Below, piece by piece: positions 9,590 to 18,415 of a DNA stretch of 64,000 nucleotides. Positions within the stretch are counted from its first letter, which is position 1, and each line of letters begins with the position of its first letter. Under the pieces are notes generated by a model. It did not search any database and was not told the DNA's origin. It saw only the letters and a program-made list of their open reading frames with translations. The position numbers and the translations under genes were made by a program. Source of the stretch: Clostridiales bacterium (GTDB taxonomy: Bacteria; Bacillota; Clostridia; DUPQ01). The stretch is taken from assembly GCA_023145435.1 (NCBI GenBank), contig JAGLDS010000001.1:51140-115139 (forward strand). The letters are read 5' to 3'.

Positions 9590-10968
9590 TTAACCAACCA
9601 AATATTATTTTTCTTTTAACAGATGATCAACGTTTTAACACAATTGGCTGTCATAATAATAAAGCAATCCATACACCAAATATTGATGAACTAATGAAGC
9701 GTGGTACATATTTTGAAAATGCTTGTATTCAAGGAGGAACATCTGGAGCTGTTTGTATGCCAAGTAGAGCGATGCTACATACTGGAAGAAATTTATTTCA
9801 CTTACAAGGAAGTGGAGAAGAGATACCAAAAGAACATGTTTTATTAGGAGAACTATTACAAAAACAAGGATATGAAACTTTTGGAACAGGTAAATGGCAT
9901 AATGGAACTTCTTCATATGCACGTTCATTTTCAAAAGGTGATAATATTTTCTTTGGTGGAATGGATGACCATTGGAATGTACCGGTTCATAGCTTTGATA
10001 AGACAGGTAAATATAACAATAAATCATATAAGACACTTGATTATCTTAAATGTAATGATAAACGAACTTTTATAAGTGACCACACTCATACATCAGTCCA
10101 TTCAAGTGATTTGTTTGCTAATAGTGCTTGTGAATATTTAGAAAGTAAAACATCAAACAATCCATATTTTATGTATGTTTCATATATGGCACCCCATGAT
10201 CCAAGAACTATGCCACAGATTTATTTAGATATGTATTCAGTTGATGACATTGAAATACCATTTAATTATTTACCAGAACATCCCTTTGATTTTGGGCAGA
10301 GAAGTATACGTGACGAAATGTTAGAAAACTACCCTAGAGGGGAGCAAGCTATTAAAAAACATATTGTAGAATACTATGCAATGATTACACACTTAGATGA
10401 TACAATTGGTAAAATAGTTGAAGCGGTTAAAAAAAGAGGAGATTATAATAATACGATTTTTATTTTAGCTGGAGATAATGGATTAGCATTAGGACAACAT
10501 GGATTAATGGGAAAACAGAATTTATATGAACACAGTATTAGAGTTCCGTTGTTATTTTCAGGAAGTAATATTCCCAAAGGGAAAATAAGTAAAGCCAATG
10601 TGTATTTAAATGATGTTTTTCCAACAATATGTGAGTTAGTGTCTATAGCCACTCCACAATCTGTTGAAGGGAAAAGTCTAAACAATGCAATTTATTATGA
10701 TGACTTAATAAGAGATGATATGTATTATGCTTACAAGCATACAATCCGATCAATTAAAGTTGGAAATTTAAAATTGATAGAATATAGATATGATAAGCTT
10801 AAAAAAGTTCAATTATTTAATCTTGATGATGACCCATTGGAAATGAATAATATTGCAAAAGAACATAAAGAGATTGTAAAAAAATTACAAAAGAAATTAA
10901 TTGCATATGGAAATGAATCAGATGAAAAGAAAACAATTCATGGACAAGCATTTTGGAATAACTTTTAA
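9586..10968 (+). CDS. Cys-type sulfatase (formylglycine-dependent), no signal peptide
   Basis: IIFLLTDDQRF metal site, the CMPSR (C-x-P-x-R) formylglycine motif, GTGKWHNG and AGDNGLALGQHG. ATGA start/stop overlap with the RND gene. Confidence 0.85.
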   Translation: MINQPNIIFLLTDDQRFNTIGCHNNKAIHTPNIDELMKRGTYFENACIQGGTSGAVCMPSRAMLHTGRNLFHLQGSGEEIPKEHVLLGELLQKQGYETFGTGKWHNGTSSYARSFSKGDNIFFGGMDDHWNVPVHSFDKTGKYNNKSYKTLDYLKCNDKRTFISDHTHTSVHSSDLFANSACEYLESKTSNNPYFMYVSYMAPHDPRTMPQIYLDMYSVDDIEIPFNYLPEHPFDFGQRSIRDEMLENYPRGEQAIKKHIVEYYAMITHLDDTIGKIVEAVKKRGDYNNTIFILAGDNGLALGQHGLMGKQNLYEHSIRVPLLFSGSNIPKGKISKANVYLNDVFPTICELVSIATPQSVEGKSLNNAIYYDDLIRDDMYYAYKHTIRSIKVGNLKLIEYRYDKLKKVQLFNLDDDPLEMNNIAKEHKEIVKKLQKKLIAYGNESDEKKTIHGQAFWNNF

Positions 10969-10970
10969 TT

Positions 10971-11972
10971 TTATAAAGATTGTGGCCATCTAGTCATAAG
11001 AGACCATTGTTTTTTTGAAATCGTATATTGCATTGGTTGCTTTTTAATAAAACTATTAACATCATTAAAAATTGCTTGGAAAAATTCATATCTTGCAGCA
11101 ACTCCTGCTGTATGGGGATGAGCAAGAACATTAGGTAATTGACGTAAAGGACTTTCTTTAGATAATGGTTCTTGTTCATATACATCTAATATAGCAGAAA
11201 ATCTATTTTTAACTAACTCATCAATAAGGGCACTTTCATCTACTATACGTCCTCTAGCACTATTAACAAAAAGAGCATTATCTTTAATCAGTGATAATTT
11301 TTCTTTAGTTAATAGACCACTTGTCTCTTCTGTAAGAGAAGCGTGAATAGTAACTATATCACCAAATGATAAAGCCTCATCTAAAGAACTAGTGATTTTA
11401 AAAGATTCATCTTTTAAATATGGATCATATATTAAATATTGAATATTAAATGGTTTTAATAAGTTATATAAAAAATGGCCAACCATACCAAAACCGATAA
11501 AACTAATTTTTGCCCCATATAAGCTTTTTGAACGAGAGTAATCGTCTGGAGAATTTTTCCAATTTCTGTTTTTCATGATAGATGTAAAATATTCTGTTTG
11601 TTGATAGACTGATAAAATATTTGTTAAAACAGTTTCAGCTACATATTTTGCCATTACTTTATTGGTACTTAATAGAGTAATTTTTTTATCAAATACACAT
11701 TCATCAACTAAGCCATGAATTGAACCAGCACCATGTGCTATTAGCTTCAATCTATTGGCATTTAATAAAACATCACTATCAATTTTAGGAGCAGCCCAAT
11801 GAGTAATTAAAATATCAATATCTCTAATCATTGTAGTTAACTCACTTTTTGTTAACGCTCTATCATAGGGGTTGAAAGTAACATGACCAAAATTTGATAA
11901 TTGATTATATAAATCATCATTCATATAGTGATTTGTAATTTTATTTTTTCCAAGTGAAAATAGTATATTCAT
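10971..11972 (-). CDS. D-isomer-specific 2-hydroxyacid dehydrogenase family
   Basis: NAD fold FIGFGMVGH and catalytic-region motifs NSARGRIVDE and HPHTAG. Confidence 0.8.
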   Translation of the reverse strand: MNILFSLGKNKITNHYMNDDLYNQLSNFGHVTFNPYDRALTKSELTTMIRDIDILITHWAAPKIDSDVLLNANRLKLIAHGAGSIHGLVDECVFDKKITLLSTNKVMAKYVAETVLTNILSVYQQTEYFTSIMKNRNWKNSPDDYSRSKSLYGAKISFIGFGMVGHFLYNLLKPFNIQYLIYDPYLKDESFKITSSLDEALSFGDIVTIHASLTEETSGLLTKEKLSLIKDNALFVNSARGRIVDESALIDELVKNRFSAILDVYEQEPLSKESPLRQLPNVLAHPHTAGVAARYEFFQAIFNDVNSFIKKQPMQYTISKKQWSLMTRWPQSL

Positions 11973-11977
11973 TTTTC

Positions 11978-13729
11978 TTACCTCATTTGTAAATTAACTG
12001 TAATTTTGTTACCTTTTTTCATTGCATAAAAAAGTTTATAATGTCCATTACGATTACCATATAGATTATCATCTTTTATAATTGTACCATCGGTTGATGC
12101 AATAAGCGATTGATCTTCTAATGTGATAGTTAATTGCTTTGTTTGATGATTGATTATAGTAGTATCCTTTCCATTATAGGATAAGGCGGGCAGCATAAAA
12201 TAAATGTGGTCAGTTTTTGGATTTACTAACCTTGATGTAACGGTTACGCCTTCATTGGTAATTTGATAATGTTCTTCAATGGAAGTGAAGTCTGTAAATG
12301 CTAAATCAAAATATTTAATGGAAAAAGATACTTTATTTGAATCACTTTGTTGATTATAAACAACTGAAGTTAATGAGTCGGTAAAATCACATAAAAAGCT
12401 TTTTAGACTTCCTCCGCAATATGATATGTTTTTATTTTGTAGATTTTTTGAAGTTTCATATCTATGTGTAGCAGACAGTGGTGTTGATAAACCAAGTTCT
12501 GTTGGGAATCCTTGCTTGTGAAAACGACCAAAGCCAGTAGAATCATAAATGAAATCAGCTTTAGTATCTATCTCTATACTATATCCTTGGCAATTAGCAA
12601 AAACTTTATGAAAATCACTACTTGTTTGAAGTATATATCCACCCGTTTCAGAAGGACAAGGGTATTCTTTAATATCATCATCACAAAATTGACAAGCAAT
12701 ATATATAAAACTGCCTATACTCATCATATACTTACGATAGTAACCATAACTTTCGGTTCCATAAAGGCTATCTTTTTCAAAAAAGTTTTTTATATGTCTA
12801 GGATATTTTGTTGCTTGTAACCATCTCTTAATTGATAAAACAGATAAATGTGCGGCTCGCTTGAACATTCCAGCTAGTACTAAGTTACCTTCTTTTAGAT
12901 ATCTTTTTGCTTCATATTCATAAATAGAAACTACATATGTTTCATTGAAAATATATTGATTAGAGCGACCACCATAGGGAAATTCAAAAGCAGAAGATTG
13001 CATAAACAAAGAGTATAGACCTGCTTTTTTTAAGTGGTTATCAAGTTCGTTAGCATATATACCTTGATAATCATTACCTATGATTAATAAAAGATTACTT
13101 CTACTTGCAACATCATATAACATTGGATTGTGTGGGTCTTTATACATGCCGTTTTGATCAAACATTTGTAACTGAATAGGTATATGTTTGTCAAAGTATT
13201 GAAGTGTATCAGTCATGCCTTCTAATTCTCGTAAAAACTCTCCCGCTAAATTATAGATCCCCCAATTACCATATACTGCACAGTTACTATTATCAACAGA
13301 ACAATAATAACTTTTGAAAGGATCAATTTTTGATAAGTACTCTTTCCATATATTGAGTTTTTTATCTGGCACATGATCTTTCATAGCTCTATATGCAAAC
13401 ATGAATTCTTTTACTGCAAAATCAAGGACAGTATAGGGCCGTTCTTTATAAAAAGACAAAGCACAGGCATCCATCATTTGATACCATAAGTCCTCATAAT
13501 CTTTTTTTCTTCCTTCTGCTAAAAGTACACCAAGGGCCGCTGTAATTCGTGAAAAAGATTGTAAATCGTCAATTTCATCCCCTGAAATTTTAGGGAGCCA
13601 TGATGTGATTTCTTCATAAGTATAGGCATTAACACATAATTCGATAATGTCAAAATAATCTTTTTTTAAAAGATTTGTTTCACTAAAATTATCAAAAGTC
13701 ATATTTTCAATATAGTGATTAAAGTCCAT
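11978..13729 (-). CDS. hypothetical 583-aa cytoplasmic protein; possibly an (alpha/alpha)-toroid plus beta-sandwich glycan lyase/hydrolase-like fold
   Basis: Long ORF packed between an amidohydrolase and a dehydrogenase with 5-nt gaps. The helix-rich N-terminal two thirds and strand-rich C-terminus resemble the heparinase II/III or alginate-lyase layout. I recognise no diagnostic motif. Confidence 0.3.
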   Translation of the reverse strand: MDFNHYIENMTFDNFSETNLLKKDYFDIIELCVNAYTYEEITSWLPKISGDEIDDLQSFSRITAALGVLLAEGRKKDYEDLWYQMMDACALSFYKERPYTVLDFAVKEFMFAYRAMKDHVPDKKLNIWKEYLSKIDPFKSYYCSVDNSNCAVYGNWGIYNLAGEFLRELEGMTDTLQYFDKHIPIQLQMFDQNGMYKDPHNPMLYDVASRSNLLLIIGNDYQGIYANELDNHLKKAGLYSLFMQSSAFEFPYGGRSNQYIFNETYVVSIYEYEAKRYLKEGNLVLAGMFKRAAHLSVLSIKRWLQATKYPRHIKNFFEKDSLYGTESYGYYRKYMMSIGSFIYIACQFCDDDIKEYPCPSETGGYILQTSSDFHKVFANCQGYSIEIDTKADFIYDSTGFGRFHKQGFPTELGLSTPLSATHRYETSKNLQNKNISYCGGSLKSFLCDFTDSLTSVVYNQQSDSNKVSFSIKYFDLAFTDFTSIEEHYQITNEGVTVTSRLVNPKTDHIYFMLPALSYNGKDTTIINHQTKQLTITLEDQSLIASTDGTIIKDDNLYGNRNGHYKLFYAMKKGNKITVNLQMR

Positions 13730-13734
13730 TTTTA

Positions 13735-14610
13735 TTATCCTATCAATTTCAGAAAATTATTCTGTGCGATTTTTTGCAATACTATCTTAGATATCTTATT
13801 TTCATTTGCCATGGTTACTAGTAAGTTTGCGGTTTTAAAAGTTTGCCCTTCATAACATATGTCTGTTCCATAATAAATCTTATTTTGAAATTCATGTAAG
13901 AATGATTGTGTAAAAGCATAATCACGACTTATTGCATTATATCCGCTATTTGCGGATAAATCTACATGGAGATTTGAATATTGACGAAGTAAATAACTTA
14001 TACGTCCTTCTTTATGAATTGAAGATGTTTGGTAAGTATCTATATAATCTTCTTTATTTATTTCACGAATATGGGCCCAAAAATATGGGCCATGACCTAT
14101 GAATAAAAGATTAGGATAATCAATAAGACATTGCTCTAACTGTGGCATTAATGGTTCATCATATATCCCATAACCAAAATCTTTATTTCCTGTCATATCA
14201 AATAATAATGGTAATTTTGCTTGCTCAGCATGATAAAGAAGATTTTGCATTCTTTTATCATTCCAAGGTAGATTTGGCATTACTTCTCCAATACCTTTAC
14301 AACCTTGATTTACATAATGTTCAATTAGTCTACCAATTGGGGCATCGGATGTATTGGTTAATACACGAGGATCAATATTGCAAAATGGAATATATTTCCC
14401 GTTGGAACGATTAGCGATATCAATAATTTCACCAACTGATTGGGGAACATAAATTTCTGGACTAACAATAGGTAACAGTATTGCTTTTTTTATATGTAAT
14501 TTTTGGTGAACACGTTTTAATTGTTCTTCATTAATAAATAACATCCTACCATCTTTGTTAGGATATTGATATTTGTATACGTGAGCATGTATGTCAAAAA
14601 AATCTATCAT
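13735..14610 (-). CDS. amidohydrolase-superfamily (TIM-barrel metal-dependent hydrolase) protein
   Basis: N-terminal DIHAHVY (HxH metal motif), later GHGPYFW, and the terminal D of YGTDICY. Confidence 0.7.
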   Translation of the reverse strand: MIDFFDIHAHVYKYQYPNKDGRMLFINEEQLKRVHQKLHIKKAILLPIVSPEIYVPQSVGEIIDIANRSNGKYIPFCNIDPRVLTNTSDAPIGRLIEHYVNQGCKGIGEVMPNLPWNDKRMQNLLYHAEQAKLPLLFDMTGNKDFGYGIYDEPLMPQLEQCLIDYPNLLFIGHGPYFWAHIREINKEDYIDTYQTSSIHKEGRISYLLRQYSNLHVDLSANSGYNAISRDYAFTQSFLHEFQNKIYYGTDICYEGQTFKTANLLVTMANENKISKIVLQKIAQNNFLKLIG

Positions 14611-14631
14611 TATTTATTTCTCCTACTACTA

Positions 14632-15225
14632 TCATATTACAGACACATTTTTGTTTCCTTTTATATAAAAACGCCAAAGAAAATCTTTAGCTTCACTGGC
14701 ATAATCAATATTAATCCTTTTTGACTTAACAATTTCAAATGATTGTGATAAGCATTCTTCTATATATAAACCATTACTTATTACTTCAATTCCGTTGTGT
14801 GATTTATTTAAATCTAATGACATACAGACTTTACCAGGACCATTTGAAAAGTTCTTTAGTTGATAAGAAGATAAATTTGTCAATGGTTTATGATACCTAT
14901 TGTATGAGGCTTTTTCATTGTTGTTAGTTATATCAATAGCTCTAATTAGTACAGCACAGGGCATACCTTTTTTTTCTGTGACGATATTAAAACAGTGATA
15001 CATACCATAAATTTGATAAATATATGCTATAGCATATTCTTGGAACATTACAGAATTTCTAGTTGTTTTATGAAAATTGTATGCATGACAAGCTTTATCA
15101 ATGGGACCAATATACGCCTCTGTTTCAATAATAGTAGCTTTAATGTTATTTCGAACTATACTTTTACCTAAAAGATCTTGTGCTACTTGTAATGTAGGTC
15201 TATTGAAAAATGATTTATCGAGCAT
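14632..15225 (-). CDS. mpg: DNA-3-methyladenine glycosylase (Mpg/AAG family)
   Basis: FFNRPTLQVAQDLLGK, IIETEAYIGPIDKACHAY, NGPGKVCMSLDL. The likely start is MLDKS at 15225. The ORF's upstream extension runs into tadA and is probably not translated. Confidence 0.85.
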   Translation of the reverse strand: MLDKSFFNRPTLQVAQDLLGKSIVRNNIKATIIETEAYIGPIDKACHAYNFHKTTRNSVMFQEYAIAYIYQIYGMYHCFNIVTEKKGMPCAVLIRAIDITNNNEKASYNRYHKPLTNLSSYQLKNFSNGPGKVCMSLDLNKSHNGIEVISNGLYIEECLSQSFEIVKSKRINIDYASEAKDFLWRFYIKGNKNVSVI

Positions 15226-15658
15226 TTGTTTCTCTTTTTTCTTTAAAGAATTTTTGTAGGATGTGTAAACATTCATCTTCCATAATACCACCGTAGTACT
15301 CAATCTTATGATTAAATGGTAAAACAAACACATCAGTTACACTACCTAGACAACCTGACTTACTGTCATAAGTACCAAAAAAAACTTTATCAATACGAGC
15401 ATTAATTAAAGCTCCAGAGCACATAAGACATGGTTCAACTGTAGAATATAATTCACAACCAGTTAAAAATCTTTTATTTACTTTTCTTAAAGCTTTTTCT
15501 ATAACCAAAAATTCAGCATGTTCCAAAGAACCACTTCCATTATGGGCAGACGCAATAATTTGTTGATTTTTTACAATGATTGCACCTATTGGGACATTGC
15601 CTTCTTTGTATGCTTGTTTTGCTTCATCTATAGCTTTTATCATAAATTTATTCATCAT
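15215..15658 (-). CDS. tadA: tRNA adenosine(34) deaminase
   Basis: CDA-fold zinc motifs HAEFLVIEKA and PCLMCSGAL, with typical length. Confidence 0.9.
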   Translation of the reverse strand: MMNKFMIKAIDEAKQAYKEGNVPIGAIIVKNQQIIASAHNGSGSLEHAEFLVIEKALRKVNKRFLTGCELYSTVEPCLMCSGALINARIDKVFFGTYDSKSGCLGSVTDVFVLPFNHKIEYYGGIMEDECLHILQKFFKEKRETNAR

Positions 15659-15695
15659 CAGAAAAAAACGGGTATTTGACCTGCTTTACATATAT

Positions 15696-15950
15696 TTAGA
15701 AGAAATTTTTCTCTTTGATATTTTGATAGCATTCTGGACAAACGGGTTTATCCTTGAACAAAATGATATCTTGATTGTTTCCACAAAAGACACATCCGGG
15801 ATTATACTTTGATACATAAACATTAGTTCCTTCTACAACAATTTCAATATCATCTTTTATATCTATATCAAGTGCTTTTCTGTACTTCTTTGGAAGAACA
15901 ATTCTCCCTAGAGGATCTAATCGCCTGATGACTCTTACTTTTTTAGACAT
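15696..15950 (-). CDS. AbrB/SpoVT-family DNA-binding protein with a C-terminal Cys4 segment
   Basis: Swapped-hairpin N-domain RRLDPLGRIVLPKKYRKALDI. C-terminal CVFCG...CPEC. GGAGG lies 7 nt upstream of the ATG at 15950. Confidence 0.75.
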   Translation of the reverse strand: MSKKVRVIRRLDPLGRIVLPKKYRKALDIDIKDDIEIVVEGTNVYVSKYNPGCVFCGNNQDIILFKDKPVCPECYQNIKEKNFF

Positions 15951-15980
15951 AGTCACGCCTCCTCTCTTATTATATATATA

Positions 15981-16008
15981 ATTTTACACCTTATATAAAA
16001 ACTGTCAA
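15981..16008 (-). promoter_or_regulatory. candidate sigma-A promoter for the abrB-like gene
   Basis: On the minus strand, TTGACA (16008-16003), 16 nt spacer, TAAAAT (15986-15981). Confidence 0.4.
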
Positions 16009-16130
16009 GAAATTGACATAAAGATATGAATATAATGATAAAAAACCATAAAAAATAGTAATATTACGAAATTAAGAAGATATTTTATGTGAATTTAACT
16101 AGAGCAAAGGAACGAATATAGGTGCTAAAT

Positions 16131-17354
16131 TCAAGTTTTAGTAATTTTTGCTGGTGAGAGTTCAGGGTTAATTTTATTTTTACCATAGATTAAAAAGACG
16201 ATACAACCAATAACTCCAAAAGCAAATGCAACTATAAAGTTAGTTTGAGGAGAAATATTCCATAGGAAAGCACTGCAGAAGGCGGCTATGGATACAAATA
16301 TATCTCTAACTAAATAATAGGCTCCAAATGTACCAGCTTTTTCATTTTCAGGAGCTAAGTCCATTATAAGCGCTTTTCTTGTGGGCTCGCCAAATTCTTT
16401 CATTCCTCTAATAATAAAGGCAAATATTAACATAGAAAAGGTTGTGGAAAAGATTAGAATAAGTGGGAATAAAGTGAAAAACATAAAAGTTACTAAGACA
16501 AATGGCTTTTTTGTATATTTATCTGCAAAATAGGAAACAGGTATGTAAATTATTAATGCAGTTACCATTTCAATTGTTGTTAAAATACCAAATTTAATAG
16601 GTGTAAGCCCATTTAATGTTACTACCCAAATTACTACAAATGCATATGGTATTTGTTCTGCAAAACGAATCAAAATATCAGCAGCTAAAAGTGCTTTTAG
16701 AGGTCCTTTAATATTTTTAAGAGTTTTTCTTAACCCCTTTGTTTTAGGTTTGAATGTTTTTTCATCTGGCATATATTTATGTACAAAGAGTATGGAAATA
16801 ACAGCTAATACAGCTGCGATTGAAAAAGCAATTCTAATACCATCAACATCTCCAAATGACATAATTAACACACCACCTACTAAAGGGCCTAATGCCATAG
16901 GAATTCTTCTTACAAAGGAATGTATGGTTACACCGGTTACTCTCTTTTCTTTTTTAAAGTTTTTAGAAACCATTGACATAATAGCTGGTAGTGAAACAGC
17001 TGTCCAAGCAATAAAGAAAAAAGCACCGACTAACACAGACTGCCAAACAGGAATAAAAATAACAATAAGATAACCAAATAAAGCAACTAATGTGAAAAAT
17101 ATTAATGCTTTTTTATAACCAAATTTATCAGAGATATAACCTCCAGGATATGAATATAAAGAACTAAGTAAATTATCCATTGTATTTAAAGAGGCTACTG
17201 CTAAAGCTGAACCCCCAAGTGCAATAATATATAATGGTAAAAAACGTTCTGCCATTTTTTCGCCAAACCCAATAAAGACTACCATTATAACCATGGAAGT
17301 CATTCCGTTTTTTAAACCAATTGATTTAAGTTTAGCAAAAAATTTCACGTTCAA
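16131..17354 (-). CDS. MFS transporter
   Basis: 12 predicted TM helices in a 6+6 layout with a basic central loop. Begins 5 nt after the ChrB-domain gene. TTG/GTG start, exact start uncertain. Confidence 0.75.
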   Translation of the reverse strand: MNVKFFAKLKSIGLKNGMTSMVIMVVFIGFGEKMAERFLPLYIIALGGSALAVASLNTMDNLLSSLYSYPGGYISDKFGYKKALIFFTLVALFGYLIVIFIPVWQSVLVGAFFFIAWTAVSLPAIMSMVSKNFKKEKRVTGVTIHSFVRRIPMALGPLVGGVLIMSFGDVDGIRIAFSIAAVLAVISILFVHKYMPDEKTFKPKTKGLRKTLKNIKGPLKALLAADILIRFAEQIPYAFVVIWVVTLNGLTPIKFGILTTIEMVTALIIYIPVSYFADKYTKKPFVLVTFMFFTLFPLILIFSTTFSMLIFAFIIRGMKEFGEPTRKALIMDLAPENEKAGTFGAYYLVRDIFVSIAAFCSAFLWNISPQTNFIVAFAFGVIGCIVFLIYGKNKINPELSPAKITKT

Positions 17355-17359
17355 ATATC

Positions 17360-17791
17360 CTATTTTTTACTTACTTGTAATTTGAAAAAATTATAAAGTG
17401 CATCATATACTATAAATTGATGCTCAAGATTTTCATAATCATCAGGGAATTTCATGCCAAAACCGACAGCTATTGCTTCTAATCCATGTGCATATGGATT
17501 TTCATCTAATCTGTTTGTATCTGCAGCATCTACTACTTCTGCTAGTAGTGCTAATGCTGGTTCTTGAAGTTTATAGTGATTTATAATTGTAACAAAAGTA
17601 CAGTGACCATCTTTATGCCCTAATTCTACTGGGCCAGTATCAAAAGGAATTGCACCTTCTCTATTTGCTGTCTCTTGTACCATGCTTCTAGCAACAAAAA
17701 TAAATTCAGCTTGTGTATCAACAAATCGTTTAATTAACCAAGGACATGCAACTCTATCAACGTGAACTCTAGATCTAGTAACCCACTTCAT
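17360..17791 (-). CDS. ChrB C-terminal domain (chromate-resistance) family protein
   Basis: N-terminus VHVDRVACPWLIKRFVDTQAEFIFV matches the ChrB_C signature (VDRIACPWLIRRFID). Strong RBS GAGGAGG. Confidence 0.7.
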   Translation of the reverse strand: MKWVTRSRVHVDRVACPWLIKRFVDTQAEFIFVARSMVQETANREGAIPFDTGPVELGHKDGHCTFVTIINHYKLQEPALALLAEVVDAADTNRLDENPYAHGLEAIAVGFGMKFPDDYENLEHQFIVYDALYNFFKLQVSKK

Positions 17792-17901
17792 GTATTTACC
17801 TCCTCAAAAAATTATAAATTAATAATTATAAACATAATATCATTGTGGCTAATCGAACACAAATTCTTTTTCAACAAAACTTATCTTCTATTTACAGATT
17901 A

Positions 17902-17968
17902 GTGAGGGACACTCTCTCACCTGCACTCACTAAAGTGAGAAAGAAAGCATGAAGGTGAGCGATTTTTT
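17902..17968. promoter_or_regulatory. GC-rich structured element with mutually exclusive helices (candidate cis-regulatory RNA or small RNA)
   Basis: Hairpin 1: GTGAGGGA (17902-17909) / TCTCTCAC (17913-17920). Hairpin 2: CTCAC (17926-17930) / GTGAG (17935-17939). Alternative helix: CTCACC (17916-17921) / GGTGAG (17954-17959), followed by T6 (17963-17968) on the plus strand. It lies in the 5' region of the minus-strand chrB-domain gene. Confidence 0.4.
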
Positions 17969-18195
17969 GTCAATAACATTGAATTAAACCAAATTATTAC
18001 TTTAAATATTTGTAAAACTTACTCATATAGTTAAAAAAAAGGAAATATGATTTTCTAATAAAAAAAAACTAAAACTACTTATCTATGATGTTTATAACTT
18101 TTAGCTAAAATTTAATGTTTTTGTGATTATTCAACATTAATGCGATATAATAATTAGATAAAAAAGTGATAAGTACGAAGAAAGAAGATAATAGT

Positions 18196-18408
18196 ATGAG
18201 TGGGAATAAAAGATCTGATATAAGTGTGGGGAGTCAAGTAAGCGTTGTTCAAAAACACCATCAACGTACTGAGCAATTAACAAATGGAATAGTGGAAAAA
18301 CTTCTTACTAAATCTGACTATCATCCTCATGGAATAAAAGTAAGATTGAAAAGTGGTCTTGTTGGTAGAGTGAAAATTGTTCAAAAGAATGATAACAAAG
18401 AAACTTGA
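18196..18408 (+). CDS. YwbE-family small protein (DUF2196)
   Basis: SVGSQVSVVQKHHQRTEQLTNGIVEKLLTKSDYHPHGIKVRLKSGLVGRV matches the YwbE/TIGR03833 pattern. The ATG at 18196 has an upstream purine-rich RBS. Confidence 0.75.
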   Translation: MSGNKRSDISVGSQVSVVQKHHQRTEQLTNGIVEKLLTKSDYHPHGIKVRLKSGLVGRVKIVQKNDNKET

Positions 18409-18415
18409 GGTGAAA

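Noticed and set aside
9635-10036. 133-aa antisense ORF and 67-aa out-of-frame ORF (9872-10075) within the sulfatase gene
   Set aside because: The sulfatase frame carries all the diagnostic motifs. The alternatives are Tyr/Leu/His-rich with no signals.
14632-15333. Full 233-aa version of the glycosylase ORF, and similar N-terminal extensions in the track (3019, 5848, 5902, 18377, 32464, 33715, 37831, 56300, 62620)
   Set aside because: The extensions overlap the upstream gene or contain the RBS itself. Internal ATGs with properly spaced GGAGG-like sites coincide with the start of the conserved domain.
16003-16020. Inverted repeat TGTCAAGAAATTGACA, considered as an operator, or its plus-strand TTGACA as a promoter
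   Set aside because: On the plus strand no gene follows and the spacing to TATAAT is only 12 nt. The minus-strand half is adequately explained as the -35 box of the abrB-like promoter.
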